A DNA stretch of 24,000 bases from Thermoplasmata archaeon (GTDB taxonomy: Archaea; Thermoplasmatota; Thermoplasmata; RBG-16-68-12; SOIM01): assembly GCA_023140195.1 (NCBI GenBank), contig JAGLME010000003.1, positions 29,180 through 53,179 on the forward strand, given 5' to 3'. The position numbers were made by a program, and so were the translations under genes. This document shows, piece by piece, positions 20,816 through 24,000 of this stretch (its first letter is position 1; every line of letters starts with the position of its first letter). The notes beneath the pieces were generated by a model. The model was not told the origin of the DNA and did not search any database. It saw nothing but the letters and a program-made list of their open reading frames with translations.

Positions 20816-23800
20816 ATGAGGAGATTTGTTGTTCTAGCTGTAATCATGATTCTCTTCAGCCAGTTCCTTCTAGCCCTGATGCCCCAACCCAGCGTGGTGG
20901 CCGAGGAGTTCAGGTTCAATGTCAGAGTGGACAGCAATGTGGGTTCAGGCACGTTCCGGTCCTTTCCGTCCATTGCTTCAGATAACGGCAATATCTACAT
21001 CGTCTGGCAGGACAACAGGAACGGCGGATTGGATATCTACTATTCCAGAAGCAACAACCAGGGAGCCTCGTTCCTGCCCGATGTCAGGGTCAACGACAAC
21101 CCGATCGGGGACGGGACGAACCAGCAGAATCCGGATGTTGCAGCCGAAGATGGGACTATATATGTCATTTGGGAGGATGGCAGGGCCGGAATCGGACTGC
21201 ACGAGATATACTTCGCTATGTCGACAGATGGTCTTGTTTTCGGATCGAGCATCAAGGTTGGCGACGGCGGAACCGAGAGAAGTTATCCTTCAGTGGCTGT
21301 CGACAGGGTCACCGGGAACATCTACGTCGTGTGGGCAAATCAGGAAGAGACCATCAGGCTGGCTAGATCCATCGACGGCGGACAGAGCTTCGAATCCAGC
21401 ATCTTCGTGAGCGACAGCACATTGCAGGGAAGAAGTCATCCCAGCATCGACGTTGATTCATCGGGAAAGGCGTACGTCGCCTGGAGTGATGGAAGGCTCG
21501 GTATACCGCCCTGTCCCGGTTACTACGATGTGTTCATAGCCAGTTCCGCAAACGGAGGATTGAGCTTTGGCGCAAACACCCCGGTCAATGAGGTGGACAC
21601 GGATGCAGTTCAGGAGAGCCCATCCATTTCGATCGACGGGAACGATGTTATCCACGTATCCTGGGAAGACAAAAGGCGTGGAAGCAAGGATATCTTCTAC
21701 TCCAAATCCACTGACGGCTCCACCTTCGGGCCAGACGTCATCGTCAACGACCCTTTTGTCCATCCAAGGAACCCAGCAATCGCACACCAGACCCCTTCGA
21801 TGTCAGTTCATGAATCTGGAAGCCCCATATTCGTGGTCTGGACGGACGACAGGGCGGTAGGTCGCAACGTCTATCTCGCCAAATCAACGGATGGGGGAAG
21901 CTCATTCCAGACGGCAACGTCCGGTGGGGGAGGGAACTACTTCTTCGACAGTAATATCACATTCAATGGGGGATGGAACTCCAATGAAGCGGTCATACTG
22001 GACGACGGGAACGGCATACTCGATCCCGGCACCCTCAACGGTCTGGATTCTCCGGACAAGATAGTCGTCCCCGGTCAGGCCAATCTGGAAGAGGACCTGG
22101 CGGGCCACAGGATCAGGTACTGCGATATCAACGACAATCAGCTTTGGGACCCGGAAGAGGACATCATTGTGGACGGTCCGATCATCCTCTATCCCAGGGT
22201 GCAACCGACCCGGAAGAACGTGGAGGACACGACTACCGGCAACTTCCCATCCTACTTGAGATGGGACCTCAGGAACGTGGACTCCATGTACTACACCACC
22301 GAGAAGGACGAGCGAATGGTGGTTGGCTGGCTCGATCCGGCCAATGCCAAGGACGAGTCACTGAACCCTTTGTATGAGGGGCTGATGCCCGGAGATCCGA
22401 TATCCGGAATCGAGATCGAGATTGCCTACAAGACCGACGCCGGTTACGACGGCACAAACGTCATCACATGGTCTGAGGCCTTGGCAATCGAGAATCCCAT
22501 CTTCCAGTTGCAGGACACTGGAGGCATAGAGGTTTACGAGAGAGTGGACCTTTACGCGCTGGGTGTGGACAGCGTCGAGAAGCTGGAGACGCTCAACATA
22601 AGCTTCATCAACGATGCATCCTCGCAGTACAACGTTTCCTTCAACAGCATATTCCTGGCAATCGAGAGGGGCCTTCCGGACGGATACGACGATTACGATT
22701 TTGCGGTGTACGAAGGCTCTCCCATTCCTCCCCTGAACCGCCCGCTGACCACTTTCTCGGATTCCGATGACCTCATGTTCATTGACGGCAGCGGGAACGG
22801 CCTCTATGATAGGGGAGAGCCCCTGATCGTGTCGTCTGGAGATGCTGATCCAGGCAGTGCGGTCAACGAGTCTTTCACGGTTCTGGAGCGCGGGGACAGC
22901 TCCCATTGGAATGCAGTGTTCGAACCCTTTCCGCTGAACGACGACCTTGACAACAGCCACCAGGAATCGCCGGATGTTGCCGTTGACGACGCAGGTGACG
23001 CTTTCATAGTCTGGAGGGACAGAAGGCACTGGCCACTCGCCGATTCCATCTATTTTACCACAAGTTCGGTGGATTTGGTGCAACCGGAGGTCTTGGACTG
23101 CTATCCCTCGCAAGGTGCGCAGGAAATCGCACTGAACGCGACCTTCTCATTCACACTGAGCGAGACCATGCAGCCAGATACGACATCCCACGTCAACATC
23201 ACCCCCCAGGTCAATGGTCTCTGGTTCTGGAACCGGGACAAGACAGTCCTCACTTTTGTTCCCGACCCAGCTCTGATGGACAACACCACATACTCCTTCA
23301 CACTGTCCGGTGGACGGGATAGATCCGGGAACCAGCTCAAGTCACCACTCTCCTGCAAGTTCCATACGGTCGAGGGGCCTGCCATCCTTCACAATGTTCC
23401 GCAGGACCCACTGACTGTTTACGAACCCGTTGAGATTACCGCAGTCATATCGGACAACGACACCGTGGCCGCCGCGATAATATTCTACAGGAACATCGGA
23501 GAGGTCTTCTTCTCACAGACCACGATGCGCCATGGAATCGGCGCTTGGGTCGTGGGCACTTGGAGCGGCGAGATTCCAGCCCAGCCATTCATGGGCTTTG
23601 TGGATTACCACATCGTCGCGATTGATGCCATAGGTAACACGGGCAGGAGTCCCAAGTCCGGGGAGCACATCATACTCATCGGGGATACCGTACCGCCGAA
23701 ACTGGATCACAGCGCCATCAACTCCGCTTCCGCTGGCTCGTCGGTAACCTTCTCTGCCACGGCCCGGGACAACGTGGAGGTTTTCACTGTGAAGCTGTAT

Positions 23801-24000
23801 CTCAAACCTCTCGGTTCATCGCGTTTCAACCCCCCTGTAGAGATGGAGCGAGTCGGTGATACCGATGAATTCCAAGCAGCCCTCAGGATGCCCAACGAGA
23901 ACGGGAATCTGTACTACTACATCGAGGTCACAGACTTATGGGGGAATGTGGTCAGCTCAGGAGATTCGTCCTCACCTCACAAGATATCCATCACCGATGC
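20816..24000 (+). CDS. large secreted/cell-surface protein: signal peptide, BNR/Asp-box beta-propeller, SbsA-type Ig-like domain, tandem Ig-like modules (3' end outside the window)
   Basis: Hand-translated, in frame from ATG 20816 to the window end (1061 codons, no stop). It is absent from the ORF track because it is open-ended. The N-terminus MRRFVVLAVIMILFSQFLLALMPQPSVVAEE is signal-like. Six repeats follow the pattern PS(I/V)A.D..G.IY(V/I)VW.D.R....DIY...S.DGG.SF, and a seventh follows after a long insert. Many N-x-S/T sequons are present. Confidence 0.85.
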   Translation, partial: MRRFVVLAVIMILFSQFLLALMPQPSVVAEEFRFNVRVDSNVGSGTFRSFPSIASDNGNIYIVWQDNRNGGLDIYYSRSNNQGASFLPDVRVNDNPIGDGTNQQNPDVAAEDGTIYVIWEDGRAGIGLHEIYFAMSTDGLVFGSSIKVGDGGTERSYPSVAVDRVTGNIYVVWANQEETIRLARSIDGGQSFESSIFVSDSTLQGRSHPSIDVDSSGKAYVAWSDGRLGIPPCPGYYDVFIASSANGGLSFGANTPVNEVDTDAVQESPSISIDGNDVIHVSWEDKRRGSKDIFYSKSTDGSTFGPDVIVNDPFVHPRNPAIAHQTPSMSVHESGSPIFVVWTDDRAVGRNVYLAKSTDGGSSFQTATSGGGGNYFFDSNITFNGGWNSNEAVILDDGNGILDPGTLNGLDSPDKIVVPGQANLEEDLAGHRIRYCDINDNQLWDPEEDIIVDGPIILYPRVQPTRKNVEDTTTGNFPSYLRWDLRNVDSMYYTTEKDERMVVGWLDPANAKDESLNPLYEGLMPGDPISGIEIEIAYKTDAGYDGTNVITWSEALAIENPIFQLQDTGGIEVYERVDLYALGVDSVEKLETLNISFINDASSQYNVSFNSIFLAIERGLPDGYDDYDFAVYEGSPIPPLNRPLTTFSDSDDLMFIDGSGNGLYDRGEPLIVSSGDADPGSAVNESFTVLERGDSSHWNAVFEPFPLNDDLDNSHQESPDVAVDDAGDAFIVWRDRRHWPLADSIYFTTSSVDLVQPEVLDCYPSQGAQEIALNATFSFTLSETMQPDTTSHVNITPQVNGLWFWNRDKTVLTFVPDPALMDNTTYSFTLSGGRDRSGNQLKSPLSCKFHTVEGPAILHNVPQDPLTVYEPVEITAVISDNDTVAAAIIFYRNIGEVFFSQTTMRHGIGAWVVGTWSGEIPAQPFMGFVDYHIVAIDAIGNTGRSPKSGEHIILIGDTVPPKLDHSAINSASAGSSVTFSATARDNVEVFTVKLYLKPLGSSRFNPPVEMERVGDTDEFQAALRMPNENGNLYYYIEVTDLWGNVVSSGDSSSPHKISITD

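Noticed and set aside
20707-20991. 95-codon N-terminal extension of pyrD in the track ORF (19795-20991)
   Set aside because: The extension would run through the divergent promoter region and into the start of the surface-protein gene. The internal ATG at 20706 gives the canonical DHODH N-terminus and length.
22358-23113. 251-aa minus-strand ORF
   Set aside because: It is antisense to the continuous 1061-codon surface-protein frame, which has clear repeat and domain structure. This ORF has none.

Overview
This is a gene-dense archaeal chromosomal segment. The archaeal assignment rests on PurP, archaeal-type DtdA, class I LysRS, tRNAs with an A1-U72 pair and no encoded CCA, TATA-box/leaderless promoter geometry, and frequent GTG/TTG starts.

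Most of the window (5.3-20.7 kb) is housekeeping:
- A tight PolX / family-4 UDG / tandem RecA-KaiC-like ATPase operon.
- Divergent dtdA and tpt1(kptA).
- An RDD membrane protein.
- A long minus-strand run: pyrD-pyrK-DUF885-(PyrE-like HTH regulator)-lysK-tRNA-Gln(CUG)-glnS-tRNA-Gln(UUG)-purP.

The most unusual feature is an unmistakably bacterial/eukaryotic-type glutaminyl-tRNA synthetase. It is flanked at 4 nt and 76 nt by the two near-identical tRNA-Gln isoacceptors.

The left 5 kb (about 1.5-4.9 kb) is a lower-GC accessory patch bracketed by two paralogous winged-helix regulators. It holds an HNH endonuclease, an IS6-like transposase, a tRNA whose anticodon-loop insertion cannot be resolved into a canonical anticodon, a small RHH/zinc-ribbon protein, a 20-bp tandem repeat array, a small wHTH protein and a 2-TM protein.

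The right edge carries a more than 1061-aa secreted BNR/Asp-box propeller protein with Ig-like modules. It is absent from the ORF track because it runs off the window. A second open-ended ORF lies at the left edge on the minus strand.

No CRISPR array, rRNA or integrase was seen.
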